DNA of 64,000 nucleotides from Candidatus Geohabitans tengchongensis (GCA_031459625.1 JAVKIH010000003.1:65199-129198); one strand, 5' to 3'; positions 9,708 through 19,961 are shown, counted from the stretch's first letter. Notes: a model not told the origin generated them from the sequence alone. Numbers and translations: made by a program.

Positions 9708-10361
9708 GTGGCTAGAGGAGTCATCGCCGTGGCAGTCGTGGTGCTGGTCGTGACCGCGTGCAGCGGGCTGGTCGAAACCTCGGTGACCAGCCGATTCGCC
9801 GACGGGGTCGGGGATACAGCCCCCGGAGCCCCGCCCACCGAGTACGACATCACCCGCGTCGTGAGCACCCGGACAGGGAGTGGGGTGACCGGACAGCTCG
9901 CGGTCGAGGTGACCTTCAGCCAGGGGATCGCGCTGCCGCCGGCCGGCTCCGGCCCGGACAGCCTGGGGATCCAGCTGGCCTTCGATATCGGCTTCAACAC
10001 GGACCAGAACACCGCCACGGGCGGCAGTCTGAACTGCGGAGTGCTGGGCACCACCGCCGGCATGGACTTCTTCGTCATCGGGGACGGGCAGTTCGCGCCC
10101 CTGGGCAACCGCCTACCCAACGGGAACTACCGGGTCATCACGGCCTCGCTGGTGCAGACGGGGGAAGCGTCCGTCGCGGTGAGCGGCAACGTCCTCACCG
10201 TGACGGTTCCCCTGAGCGCCCTGGGCAACGACGACGGGCAGACCCAGCTGGTCGTCTTCGCCGGCAACCGCAACGGCGGTTCGCTGAACACCACGGACTG
10301 CGCGCCGGACCCGACCGGGGCCGTCATCACGCGGGAGTCGCCGGGGATCCGGCGGCGCTGA
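9708..10361 (+). CDS. Hypothetical lipoprotein, beta-sandwich
   Basis: GAGGAGG RBS before GTG 9708; lipobox VTAC. Confidence 0.75.
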   Translation: MARGVIAVAVVVLVVTACSGLVETSVTSRFADGVGDTAPGAPPTEYDITRVVSTRTGSGVTGQLAVEVTFSQGIALPPAGSGPDSLGIQLAFDIGFNTDQNTATGGSLNCGVLGTTAGMDFFVIGDGQFAPLGNRLPNGNYRVITASLVQTGEASVAVSGNVLTVTVPLSALGNDDGQTQLVVFAGNRNGGSLNTTDCAPDPTGAVITRESPGIRRR

Positions 10362-10386
10362 CCTGCACCCGAACAGGGTGGGTCAG

Positions 10387-10420
10387 GACGGCGGTCGGGG
10401 CGGCCGCCCCGACCGCCGTC
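10387..10420. terminator. Perfect 34-bp palindrome between convergent genes, probable bidirectional terminator
   Basis: gacggcggtcggggcggccgccccgaccgccgtc equals its own reverse complement. Confidence 0.7.
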
Positions 10421-10424
10421 GGCG

Positions 10425-11012
10425 TCAGTTCCCCGCCGGTGCGGCGTACCAGGCCCGCAACCAGCCTCGGAGCATCTTCGCCTCCTGACCGTCCACCCGG
10501 GCCAGCTGGGTGCCGAAGGCCTTGAGGTCGGCTTGGGTGGCCTTCGCTGCGGCCAGGCGCCCGAGGGCCGCCGTCTGCTCCAGCCGCCCGGCCATGAGCG
10601 GCAGGTAGACGCGCTCCAGGGCGGCGCCCTTGAGCGCCCGCATCTGCTTCACCGGTGCCGACGCCACGCCCACCATCCGCCTGCTGGGGGACTTGCCCGC
10701 CTGCTGGAGCCAGGTCAGCATGCGGCGGACCTCGGCGTTCTTGCGCTCGACCATACGCTGGTTCCACTTGAGCAGTTCGCTGTGGTCCGCGTTCAGGGTG
10801 GCGGCCATGGCGATCTCGACCGCCTCCTCGTGGAGGGGGATGAGCGTCTGGAGGAAGGCGATGTCGAAGGCCGACCCGCTGAGACGGGAGAGCGCGGCGA
10901 CGGTGGGGTCTGGCGGGGCGGCGGCCTGGGCCGTGACGGACACGCCAATGGTGGTGACGAAGGCCGAACCGAGGGCCAGGACAAGGGCGAGGGCAGGGAT
11001 GATGCGCGGCAT
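10425..11012 (-). CDS. DUF305 (ferritin-like) secreted protein
   Basis: FDIAFLQTLIPLHEEAVEIA motif; signal peptide; RBS GAGGTG before ATG 11012. Confidence 0.75.
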   Translation of the reverse strand: MPRIIPALALVLALGSAFVTTIGVSVTAQAAAPPDPTVAALSRLSGSAFDIAFLQTLIPLHEEAVEIAMAATLNADHSELLKWNQRMVERKNAEVRRMLTWLQQAGKSPSRRMVGVASAPVKQMRALKGAALERVYLPLMAGRLEQTAALGRLAAAKATQADLKAFGTQLARVDGQEAKMLRGWLRAWYAAPAGN

Positions 11013-11169
11013 CGGCTCACCTCTCAGGTCGCAGAGTCGTCTTCGTGGGCTGTTATGCCCCAACGGGGGGAGGCCCGGACGCTGTTCGGCAGGATTCGGG
11101 CAGCGTAGCCAGAAGAGAGCGGGCAGTTTGCGACGAGCAGGGACCGGCACCGCGCCTCCGACCGTCCCC

Positions 11170-13878
11170 ATGACCACGGACCTCACCCCGATGATGCGCC
11201 AGTACCACGAGCTGAAGGCGCGTCACCCCGGGACGCTCCTCCTCTTCCGGCTCGGCGACTTCTACGAGCTCTTCTACGAGGACGCGGAGGTCGCCGCCCG
11301 CGTGCTGGAGATCACCCTCACCTCGCGGGAGGTGGGCAAGGGGCGCCGGGTGCCGATGTGCGGCGTGCCCTACCACGCCGTCACCGGCTACCTCGCCCGC
11401 CTGGTGGAGCGCGGCTACCGGGTGGCGCTGTGCGACCAGGTCGAGGACCCGCGCAAGGCGCGCGGCCTGGTGCGCCGGGAGGTCACCCGCATCATCACGC
11501 CCGGGACGGTCATCGAGGAGGCCCTCCTGCCCCCGCGGGCCGGCGTCTACCTGGCCGCGCTGGCGCGGATAGAGGGGCGATGGGGGCTGGCCTGGGCCGA
11601 CCTCTCCACCGGCGAGTTCGCCGCGGCGGAAGCCGGCCAGGGCGACCTGCCGGCGCTGCTCGAGGAGGTGGAGCGGATCGGCGCGCGGGAGCTCCTCCTG
11701 GCCCCCGAAGAGCGCAACGCGGTGGAGGGCCGCCTCCACAGCGGCAACCGCGGCACCCCCGTGCACGTCACCGAGGTCGAAGGGTGGCGCTGGGAAGCCG
11801 GACGGGCGGAGCGGGCGCTGCGCGAGCACTTCCGGGTGCACGGCCTGGAGGGGTTCGGGCTGGCCGGGCTCCCCGCGGCAGTCAGCGCAGCCGGCACGCT
11901 GCTGCAGTACCTGCAGGAGACGCAGCGCAGCCCGCTGGCGCACCTGCAGGGGGTGCGCGTGCTGGCGCTCGACCGCTACCTGGCGCTCGACGCCGGCACC
12001 CGCCGCAACCTGGAGGTCCTGGCCAACCTGCGGGACGGCTCCTCGCGCCACACGCTGCTGGGGGTCCTCGACCGCACCGTCACGGCCATGGGCGCGCGGC
12101 TCCTGCGCGCCTGGCTCACGCGGCCGCTGCGGGACCAGGAGGCGATCCGCGAGCGCCACGACGCGGTGGCCGACCTGGTGGCCCACCCGGCCCGACGCGA
12201 GGCCCTGCGCCAGGCATTGCGCCCGATCGCCGACCTGGAGCGCCTGGTGGGCCGCATCGGCCACGGCTCCGCCACCCCGCGGGACCTCGTGGCGCTGCGC
12301 GCCTCCCTCGAGCGCCTGGGCCCGGTGCGGGAGGCGCTCGGCGCCGCGACGGCACCGCTCCTGCAGGCGCTGGCCGCGCAGGTGGACCTCCACCCGGAGG
12401 TCACCGACCTGATCCGCCGCGCCATCGTCGACGACCCGCCGGGGGCGCCGCGCGAGACGGGGATCATCCGCGACGGGTACGACGCCGAGCTGGACGCCCT
12501 GCGGACGGCGGCCCGCGACGGCAAGGCGTGGATCGCCGGCCTGGAAGCGGCGGAGCGGGCGCGCACGGGGATCCGCTCCCTGCGCGTGGGGTTCAACAAG
12601 GTCTTCGGCTACTACCTGGAGGTGAGCCGCCCGAGCCTCCACCTGGTCCCGCCCGACTACATCCGCAAGCAGACGCTCACCCAGGCGGAGCGCTTCATCA
12701 CCGCCGAGATGAAGGAGCGCGAGGCGCAGATCCTGGGGGCCGAAGAGCGCATGGCCGATCTGGAGGCGCGGCTGCTCGACGGGGTGCGCCGGCAGGTGGC
12801 CGCCCACGCGCCCGCGCTGCAGGCCACCGCGGCCGCGCTGGCCCAGGCCGACGTGCTGGCGGCCTTCGCCGAGGTGGCGGCGACGCGCAGCTACGTCCGG
12901 CCGGAGATGACCGAGGCGCCGGTGCTCCGGGTGCGGGCGGGGCGCCACCCGGTGGTGGAGGAGGCCCTGCCGGCGGGAGCCTTCGTCCCCAACGACCTGG
13001 AGCTGGACGTGGAGGAGCGGGCCGTCCTCATCGTCACCGGGCCCAACATGGCCGGGAAGAGCGTCTACTGCCGCCAGGCGGCCCTGCTCGTCGTCATGGC
13101 CCAGGCGGGGGCGTTCGTCCCGGCCGAGCGCGCCGTCATCGGGCTGGCCGACCGGGTCTTCGCCCGGGTCGGGGCGAGCGACGACACGGCCATGGGGCGC
13201 AGTACCTTCCTGGTGGAGATGCAGGAGACCGCCGCCATCCTCCACGGGGCGACGCGCCGCAGCCTGATCGTCCTCGACGAGGTCGGGCGCGGGACCAGCA
13301 CCTACGACGGGATGAGCCTGGCCTGGGCGGTGGTCGAGTACCTGCACGACGTCGTCGGCGCGCGGACGCTCTTCGCCACCCACTTCCACGAGCTGACCGA
13401 GCTGGCCGCGCTCCTGCCGCGCGTGCACAACGTGAACGTGCTGGTGCAGGAGGAGGGGGAGGAGGTGGTCTTCCTGCACCGGGTGGTCCCCGGCGCGGCC
13501 GACCGCTCCTACGGCATCCACGTGGCCCGCCTGGCCGGGATCCCCCAGCCGGTGATCGCCCAGGCCCGCCGCGTCCTCGCCCACCTGGAGGCGGCCTCGG
13601 TGGGCCCGGCCGCCGACACCTTCCTGCCGCCGCTGCCCGGCCGCGCCCGCGGCGCCCTGCAGATCCCCCTGCCGCTGCAGGTCCCCTCCCCGGTGGAGGA
13701 GGAGCTGCTCAGCCTGGCCGTGGAGACGCTCTCGCCGCTGGAGGCGCTCAACAAACTCTCCGAACTGCGCGAACGGGCCCGCGCCGCCCGGGAGGGCCAG
13801 GGGCGGGCGGGTCCTGCGGGGCGTGCCGGTCATGCGGATCAGGGGCGGGCCGAGGGGCGGGCCCGGCGCGTGCAATAG
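11170..13878 (+). CDS. mutS: DNA mismatch repair protein MutS
   Basis: TPMMRQY, GDFYELF, TGPNMAGKS, STFLVEM, DEVGRGT, SYGIHVA motifs. Confidence 0.98.
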   Translation: MTTDLTPMMRQYHELKARHPGTLLLFRLGDFYELFYEDAEVAARVLEITLTSREVGKGRRVPMCGVPYHAVTGYLARLVERGYRVALCDQVEDPRKARGLVRREVTRIITPGTVIEEALLPPRAGVYLAALARIEGRWGLAWADLSTGEFAAAEAGQGDLPALLEEVERIGARELLLAPEERNAVEGRLHSGNRGTPVHVTEVEGWRWEAGRAERALREHFRVHGLEGFGLAGLPAAVSAAGTLLQYLQETQRSPLAHLQGVRVLALDRYLALDAGTRRNLEVLANLRDGSSRHTLLGVLDRTVTAMGARLLRAWLTRPLRDQEAIRERHDAVADLVAHPARREALRQALRPIADLERLVGRIGHGSATPRDLVALRASLERLGPVREALGAATAPLLQALAAQVDLHPEVTDLIRRAIVDDPPGAPRETGIIRDGYDAELDALRTAARDGKAWIAGLEAAERARTGIRSLRVGFNKVFGYYLEVSRPSLHLVPPDYIRKQTLTQAERFITAEMKEREAQILGAEERMADLEARLLDGVRRQVAAHAPALQATAAALAQADVLAAFAEVAATRSYVRPEMTEAPVLRVRAGRHPVVEEALPAGAFVPNDLELDVEERAVLIVTGPNMAGKSVYCRQAALLVVMAQAGAFVPAERAVIGLADRVFARVGASDDTAMGRSTFLVEMQETAAILHGATRRSLIVLDEVGRGTSTYDGMSLAWAVVEYLHDVVGARTLFATHFHELTELAALLPRVHNVNVLVQEEGEEVVFLHRVVPGAADRSYGIHVARLAGIPQPVIAQARRVLAHLEAASVGPAADTFLPPLPGRARGALQIPLPLQVPSPVEEELLSLAVETLSPLEALNKLSELRERARAAREGQGRAGPAGRAGHADQGRAEGRARRVQ

Positions 13879-13884
13879 CGGACG

Positions 13885-15711
13885 ATGGACACCCTGCCCG
13901 GCCGCATTGTCCGCCTGCCCCGCGAGGTGGCCGAGCGCATCGCCGCCGGCGAGGTCGTCGAGCGGCCGGCCTCCGTGGTGAAGGAGCTGGTGGAGAACAG
14001 CCTCGACGCCGGCGCGCGAACGGTCTCCGTGGTCGTCGAGGGGGCGGGCCTGCGGCGCATCCGCGTCAGCGACGACGGCATCGGGATGACGCCCGGGGAC
14101 GCGCCGTTGGCGGTGGAACGCTTCGCCACCAGCAAGATCCTCCGGGCGGAGGATCTGGAGCAGGTGGCCACCTACGGCTTCCGTGGCGAGGCCCTGCCCA
14201 GCATCGCCGCCGTCAGCCGCTTCGACCTGGTCACACGGCCGCCGGCGCAGAGTGCGGCGACCCGGGTGCGGGTCATCGGGGGTGGCCCCGCCGAGGTGCG
14301 CGTGGCCGCCGGCGCGCCCGGCACCACGGTCACGGTCGAGGACCTCTTCTTCAACACCCCGGCCCGGCGCAAGTTCCTGAAGTCCCCGGGGCGCGAGTTC
14401 GCGCTGATCGTCGACGCCGTGCAGCGCCTGGCGCTCGCGGCCCCGCGCGTGGCCTTCCGGCTGAGCCACGACGGGCGGGAGGTGTTGGCCTACCCGCCGG
14501 CCACGCCCGACGAGCGGCTGGCGCAGGTGCTCGGGCGGTCCACGGCCGCGCAGCTGGTGCCCGTTGCGGGCCCCTGGGGGACGGTGGCGGTGGCGGGGTG
14601 GGTGACCCGGCCCGAGGCGGCGCGGCCTGGCCGCGGCCTCGACTACCTCTTCGTGAACGGCCGGCCCATCCAGAGCCGGCTCCTCTGGCGCGCCGTCGTG
14701 CAGGGCTGTGCGGAGCTCCTCCCGCACGGGCACCACCCCATCGCGGTGCTCTTCCTGACGGTGCCGCCGGGTGCCCTCGACGTGAACATCCACCCGCGCA
14801 AGCTCGAGGTGCGCCTCGCCGACGAGCACCGCGCCTTCGCGGCGGTCGTCCACGCGGTGCGGGGCGCGCTCCTGGGCCCGGGCGGCATCCGGGAGGTCGG
14901 AGAGGGCGGGGGACCCGGCCACGCCTCCGAGGCTCTTGCCCCGGCATCGTCGAGAGCGGCGAGCCTTGCCCCGGCATCCTCGGACCTGGCGACCCTCGCT
15001 CCGGCATCCTCGGGGCCGGCGACGCTCCTCCCCGGTCGCGCGTCTTCCCTCCCCGATGCCATCGGCGAGACCGGCGGCGCATACGCGCAAGGAGCCGCCG
15101 CCGTCCCGGCCGCGCAGGTGACCTTCGACGAGCGCGGCCGCCTCCCGCCGCTGCGCCTGCTGGGGCAGGTGCACGCCACCTACCTCCTGGCCGAGGACGC
15201 CCGGGGGGTCGTCCTCGTCGACCAGCACGCCGCCCACGAGCGCGTGCTCTACGAGCGGCTGCTCGAAGGCGCCCGGCGCGGCCGGGGAGCGACCCAGCTC
15301 CTGGCCGTGCCCGTGACGGTGGACCTGAGTCCCCGCGAGGAGGGAGTGCTGGCGGAGTTCCTGGCGGCCGCACCGGCGCTTGGGTTCGACGTCGAGGAGT
15401 TCGGCCGGGGCACGCTCCTCGTCCGGGGCGTGCCGGCGGCGCTGGCCGGGCGGCCGGTGGAGCCCCTGGTGCGGGCGGCCCTGGAGGCCCTCGCCGACCC
15501 CGGCGGCGGCGACGAGGCGCTGCGCCGGCTCGCCATCGCCACGGCCTGCCACACCGCGGTCCGCAGCGGCGACGTCCTGACCCCGGAGGCGGCGACGGCG
15601 CTGCTGCGCGACCTGGCGGCCACCGAGGACCCCTACACCTGCTTCCACGGGCGGCCCACCATGGTCCGGGTGGCACTGGAGACGGTCGACCGCTGGTTCC
15701 TCAGGCGCTGA
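13885..15711 (+). CDS. mutL: DNA mismatch repair endonuclease MutL
   Basis: IAAGEVVERP, GFRGEAL, DQHAAHER, ACH and CFHGRP endonuclease motifs. Confidence 0.98.
   Translation: MDTLPGRIVRLPREVAERIAAGEVVERPASVVKELVENSLDAGARTVSVVVEGAGLRRIRVSDDGIGMTPGDAPLAVERFATSKILRAEDLEQVATYGFRGEALPSIAAVSRFDLVTRPPAQSAATRVRVIGGGPAEVRVAAGAPGTTVTVEDLFFNTPARRKFLKSPGREFALIVDAVQRLALAAPRVAFRLSHDGREVLAYPPATPDERLAQVLGRSTAAQLVPVAGPWGTVAVAGWVTRPEAARPGRGLDYLFVNGRPIQSRLLWRAVVQGCAELLPHGHHPIAVLFLTVPPGALDVNIHPRKLEVRLADEHRAFAAVVHAVRGALLGPGGIREVGEGGGPGHASEALAPASSRAASLAPASSDLATLAPASSGPATLLPGRASSLPDAIGETGGAYAQGAAAVPAAQVTFDERGRLPPLRLLGQVHATYLLAEDARGVVLVDQHAAHERVLYERLLEGARRGRGATQLLAVPVTVDLSPREEGVLAEFLAAAPALGFDVEEFGRGTLLVRGVPAALAGRPVEPLVRAALEALADPGGGDEALRRLAIATACHTAVRSGDVLTPEAATALLRDLAATEDPYTCFHGRPTMVRVALETVDRWFLRR
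14932..15035 (+). repeat. About 3.5 tandem 30-bp repeats in the MutL linker (LAPASSxxAx)
   Basis: ccggcatc recurs with 30-bp period. Confidence 0.85.
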
Positions 15712-15716
15712 CCCGC

Positions 15717-16685
15717 ATGCTCCTGGTCCTCTGCGGCCCCACCGCCACCGGCAAGAGCGCGGCGGCCATCGCGCTGGCCCGGCGCGTCGGCGGCGAGGTG
15801 GTGAACGCCGACTCGCGCAACGTCTACCGCGGGCTGGACATCGGGACCGCCAAGCCCACGCCCGCCGAGCGCGCCGGCGTCCCGCACCACCTCTTCGACG
15901 TCGCCGACCCGCGCGAGGTCTTCACCGTGGCCGACTACCAGCGCCTGGCCCTGGCCGCCATCGAGGCGATTCACGCCCGCGGCCGCCTGCCCATCCTGGT
16001 CGGCGGGACCGGCCTCTACATCCGGGCGGTGGTGGACCGCCTCACCATCCCCGCCGTGCCGCCCGATCCGGCCTTCCGGCTGGCCGCAGAGGCGGAGGAG
16101 GCGGCCCATCCCGGCACCCTCCACGCGCGCCTGCAGGGGCTCGATCCGGCGGCGGCCGCACGCATCCACCCGCGCAACGTCCGGCGCCTCGTGCGGGCCC
16201 TGGAGGTGATCCACCACACCGGCCGCCCCCTGTCGGCGCAGCAGGGACGCAGGGGCGCGCCCGAACCCGTCCTGCAGGTCGGCCTGCGCCTCCCCCGGCC
16301 CGTCCTCGACGCCCGCATCGACCGGCGCGTGGAGGCGCAGCTGGCAGCGGGGCTGGTGGAGGAGGTCCGCGGGCTCCTGGCGGCCGGCGTGCCGCCCACC
16401 ACGCCGGCCATGCAGGGGCTCGGGTACAAGGAGCTCATCCCCTACCTGGAGGGACGCCTCCCCCTCGACCGCGCCGTCGCCCTCCTGAAGCGCAACACCC
16501 GCCGCTACGCGCGGCGGCAGGAGATCTGGTTCCGCGCCGACCCGCGCATCCGGTGGCTCGACGTGGAGGGGCTCGACGCCGAGGCGGTGGCCGAGCGGGT
16601 CCATGCTATGCTAGCGGCGTTCGCGGCGGCGCCGTCGTGGGGCGGCGTCCCTGCGCGGCCCGACGCCGGGAGGAGGGTCACGTGA
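15717..16685 (+). CDS. miaA: tRNA dimethylallyltransferase
   Basis: GPTATGKS, DIGTAKP, VGGTGLY, YARRQ motifs; real start ATG 15717 within the long listed ORF. Confidence 0.97.
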   Translation: MLLVLCGPTATGKSAAAIALARRVGGEVVNADSRNVYRGLDIGTAKPTPAERAGVPHHLFDVADPREVFTVADYQRLALAAIEAIHARGRLPILVGGTGLYIRAVVDRLTIPAVPPDPAFRLAAEAEEAAHPGTLHARLQGLDPAAAARIHPRNVRRLVRALEVIHHTGRPLSAQQGRRGAPEPVLQVGLRLPRPVLDARIDRRVEAQLAAGLVEEVRGLLAAGVPPTTPAMQGLGYKELIPYLEGRLPLDRAVALLKRNTRRYARRQEIWFRADPRIRWLDVEGLDAEAVAERVHAMLAAFAAAPSWGGVPARPDAGRRVT

Positions 16686-17839
16686 GCGCAGCCCGTCGTC
16701 TCGAACGCATCGGGGCCTACCTCTTCGCCGACCTCGACCGCAAGCAGGAGGCGCTCCAGGCCCAGGGCGTGGACGTCATCAACCTGGGGGTGGGGGACCC
16801 CGACCTGCCCACGCCCGAGCACATCGTCGCCGCCCTGGCCGAGGCGGCGCGCGACCCCCGCACCCACCGCTACCCGCCCTATGCCGGCACGCGCGAGTTC
16901 CGCGAGGCGGTGGCGGCCTGGTACCGTCGGCGCTTCCAGGTCGACCTCGACCCCGAGCGCGAGGTCCTGGCGCTGATCGGCTCCAAGGAGGGCCTGGCGC
17001 ACCTCCCCTGGGCGCTCGTGAACCCCGGCGAGGCCACGCTCGTGCCCGACCCCGGCTATCCCGTCTACCGCGCGGCCACCATCCTGGCCGACGGCGAACC
17101 GGTCACGGTCCCCCTGCGCGCGGAGCGTGGCTTCCTGCCCGACCTGAGCGCCATCCCCTCCGCGACGGCCCGGCGCGCGCGCCTCCTCTTCCTGAACTAC
17201 CCGAACAACCCCACCGCCGGCGTGGCGACGCTGGCGTTCTTCCAGGAGGTGGCGGCGTGGGCGCGGGAGCACGGCGTGCTCGTTGTCCACGACAACTCGT
17301 ACTCGGAGATCGCCTACGACGGGTACCGCCCCCCGAGCTTCCTGCAGGCCGACGGGGCCAGGGCGGTGGGGATCGAGCTCCACTCGCTCTCCAAGACCTA
17401 CTGCATGACCGGCTGGCGGGTGGGCTTCGCCGTGGGGAACGCCGACGCCCTGGGCGCCCTCGGCCGCCTGAAGACCAACGTCGACTCGGGGGTCTTCGTG
17501 GCGGTGCAGCGGGCCGGGGTGGCCGCGCTCACCGGGCCGCAGGCCCCGGTGGCGGAGCGCGTGGCCGTCTACCAGCGCCGGCGGGACCGCGTGGTGGAGG
17601 CGCTCACCGCGCTGGGGTGGACCCCGCCGCGGCCGCGCGCCACCTTCTACGTGTGGCTCCGCGCGCCCGGCGCCTCGGGCGCGGCGTTCGCAGCGGAGGT
17701 CCTGGAGCGCACGGGCGTCGTCCTCACGCCGGGGCGCGGCTACGGGGAGGAGGGGGAAGGGTACGTGCGCCTCTCCCTCACCACGCCGGACGACCGTCTG
17801 GAGGAGGCCCTCGACCGCCTGCGCCGGACGTACGGGTGA
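16682..17839 (+). CDS. dapL: LL-diaminopimelate aminotransferase-like class I/II aminotransferase
   Basis: GSKEG, NYPNNPT, SLSKTYCMTGWRVG, KTNVDSGVF motifs. Confidence 0.8.
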   Translation: MSAARRLERIGAYLFADLDRKQEALQAQGVDVINLGVGDPDLPTPEHIVAALAEAARDPRTHRYPPYAGTREFREAVAAWYRRRFQVDLDPEREVLALIGSKEGLAHLPWALVNPGEATLVPDPGYPVYRAATILADGEPVTVPLRAERGFLPDLSAIPSATARRARLLFLNYPNNPTAGVATLAFFQEVAAWAREHGVLVVHDNSYSEIAYDGYRPPSFLQADGARAVGIELHSLSKTYCMTGWRVGFAVGNADALGALGRLKTNVDSGVFVAVQRAGVAALTGPQAPVAERVAVYQRRRDRVVEALTALGWTPPRPRATFYVWLRAPGASGAAFAAEVLERTGVVLTPGRGYGEEGEGYVRLSLTTPDDRLEEALDRLRRTYG

Positions 17840-18158
17840 GGGCACCGGCGCCGTCGGGGCGGAAGCGGCCGAGACGGCCCGGCGCACGGCGGCATCAGGG
17901 GGCAAAACGCCACCAACCGGCCGATGACACGAGCGGAGGCATGCTATCTTTGAGGGTGGACGATGACGACCTCTCCGCTCGAAGCACGCCTGGGGGCATG
18001 GAGGCCCGCGTGGCACGCCTGGCAGGTGTGTACGAACAGGTCTTCGTCTGACCCTTGTCCCACATCCTGACCCCGCCCACAGGGGGACGACCGGAGGGAG
18101 CTGGCTCATCCCACCCGTCCACGGCCTGACCCGCGCCATCCAGCCCAAGCACCGAGAG

Positions 18159-19961
18159 ATGCTCCAGGCGCTCTTCCGCCGGCGCGTCCCGCAGGAGCGC
18201 CTGGTGGACCTGCCGTTGCTGGAGACCCTGGCCCACCTGGCCCAGGCCACGCAGCGGGAGGTGGGGGTCTACCTCGACCGCCACGGCGTGGTGCGCGAGG
18301 TCGTGGTCAGTCGGCGCTGGCAGGACCTGCTGGCCCAGTTCCAGCGTCGCGCCGCGCCGACGCGCCCGGTGGGGCTGCGGTACGTGGGCGCGCGCCCCGG
18401 GCCCGTGAACGGGCTGGAGGAGGGCGACCGCCGCCACGTCCTGGAGGGACGCCTCGACCTGGCCGCCCTCGTGCCGGTGGACCGGGCACGCCCGGGGGAG
18501 GGGTGGGTGCTCCAGGTGGCGGCGGCGCAGAACGGGCAGACTCCCCAGGTGGTCGCCGAAGGTCCCTACCCGGCGGAAGCGCTCTGCCGCCTGGAGGTCG
18601 CCCCGCGCCTGCGGGCGGTGGAGGCGGCGATGCGCCGGGCGGGTCCCGTGGTCACTCCGCCGCGGCGCGAGCGGGCCGTGCTCGTCGGGTTGCTGCCTCC
18701 GGTCCGAAGAGGGGATGTCGACGCCGCCCCGGCGGAGGTCCCCGTCGCCGCGGAGTTCACCGCACAGGACTCCCTGGAGGAGCTGGCCCGCCTGGCCGAC
18801 ACCGCCGGCGCGGACGTCGTGGGCACGGTCCTGCAGGCCCGCTCCCGCCCCGACCCCGCCACCTACATCGGGCGGGGCAAAGTGGAGGAGGTCCGGCGCC
18901 TGGTCGAGGAGCGGGACGCCGACCTCGTCGTGGTGGACGAGGAGCTGACCCCGGCCCAGCAGCGCACCCTGGAACAGGCGCTGGGCGTGAAGGTGCTCGA
19001 CCGCACCGCCCTGGTCCTCGACATCTTCGCCCGGCGGGCGCAGACCCGTGAGGGTCGGCTGCAGGTGGAGCTGGCGCAGCTCACCTACCTCCTGCCGCGG
19101 CTGGCCGGGCGGGGTGCGTGGCTCTCGCGCCTCGGGGGCGGCATCGGGACGCGCGGGCCCGGCGAGACCAAGCTCGAGGTGGACCGCCGGCGCATCCGCG
19201 ACCGCATCACCGAGCTGCGGCGGGCGCTGGCTCAGGTGGAGCGCCACCGCACGCTCCAGCGGCGGGGCCGCCAGGAGGCCGACCTGCCGGTGGTGGCCCT
19301 CGTCGGGTACACCAACGCCGGGAAGTCCACCCTGCTCAACGCCCTCACCGGCGCCGGCGTGCTGGTGGAGGACCGCCTCTTCGCCACCCTGGACCCCACC
19401 GTGCGGCGCGTCGTCCTGCCCAACGGCCGCCCGGTGCTCTTCGTCGACACCGTGGGCTTCATCCACAAGCTGCCCACCCACCTGGTGGCGGCCTTCCGGG
19501 CCACGCTGGAGGAGGTGGTGGCGGCGGACGTCCTGGTGCACATCGTCGACGTCAGCCACCCCCGCTGGCGCCACCAGCAGCAGGTGGCCGAGCGCGTCCT
19601 GCGGGAGCTGGGTGCCGGCGGGCGGCCCTGCCTCGTGGCCTACAACAAGATCGACCGCCTCGACCCGGCCGCCCGCCAGGCCCTGCGGCGGGAGGCCCCC
19701 CAGGCGGTGCTCCTCTCCGCCGCGCAGGGGGTCGGCCTGCTCAACCTGCTGCGGCGGGTCGCGCAGCTCCTCATCCCGCCGCTGGTGCGCCTCCACCTGG
19801 CGGTCCCCTACGCCGAGGCGGGCCGGCTGGCGGAGATCTTCGCCCGGGGGCGGGTGATGGCCCAGCGGTACGAGGGGGACGCCATCGTGCTCGACGCCGA
19901 GATCCCGCCAGCGCTCGCGGCGCGCTTCCAGCAGGACGGCCTGGTCCGGCCCACACTGTGA
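18159..19961 (+). CDS. hflX: GTPase HflX, long form with N-terminal extension
   Basis: LDIFARRA, GPGETKLEVDRR, GYTNAGKS, DTVGF, NKID motifs. Confidence 0.95.
   Translation: MLQALFRRRVPQERLVDLPLLETLAHLAQATQREVGVYLDRHGVVREVVVSRRWQDLLAQFQRRAAPTRPVGLRYVGARPGPVNGLEEGDRRHVLEGRLDLAALVPVDRARPGEGWVLQVAAAQNGQTPQVVAEGPYPAEALCRLEVAPRLRAVEAAMRRAGPVVTPPRRERAVLVGLLPPVRRGDVDAAPAEVPVAAEFTAQDSLEELARLADTAGADVVGTVLQARSRPDPATYIGRGKVEEVRRLVEERDADLVVVDEELTPAQQRTLEQALGVKVLDRTALVLDIFARRAQTREGRLQVELAQLTYLLPRLAGRGAWLSRLGGGIGTRGPGETKLEVDRRRIRDRITELRRALAQVERHRTLQRRGRQEADLPVVALVGYTNAGKSTLLNALTGAGVLVEDRLFATLDPTVRRVVLPNGRPVLFVDTVGFIHKLPTHLVAAFRATLEEVVAADVLVHIVDVSHPRWRHQQQVAERVLRELGAGGRPCLVAYNKIDRLDPAARQALRREAPQAVLLSAAQGVGLLNLLRRVAQLLIPPLVRLHLAVPYAEAGRLAEIFARGRVMAQRYEGDAIVLDAEIPPALAARFQQDGLVRPTL

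Noticed and set aside
11076..11090. SOS box upstream of mutS
   Set aside because: ggac-gct-gttc has a 3-nt spacer and a mismatch.
11053..15648. 1531-aa minus-strand ORF and similar long shadow ORFs (38714-43459, 38694-43172, 45314-47275, 30954-33302)
   Set aside because: Antisense or alternate-frame shadows of clear genes, expected at this GC content; no motifs.
11358..15716. Apparent 1775-aa MiaA fusion
   Set aside because: Only the part from ATG 15717 is MiaA; the upstream part is an off-frame shadow of mutS and mutL.
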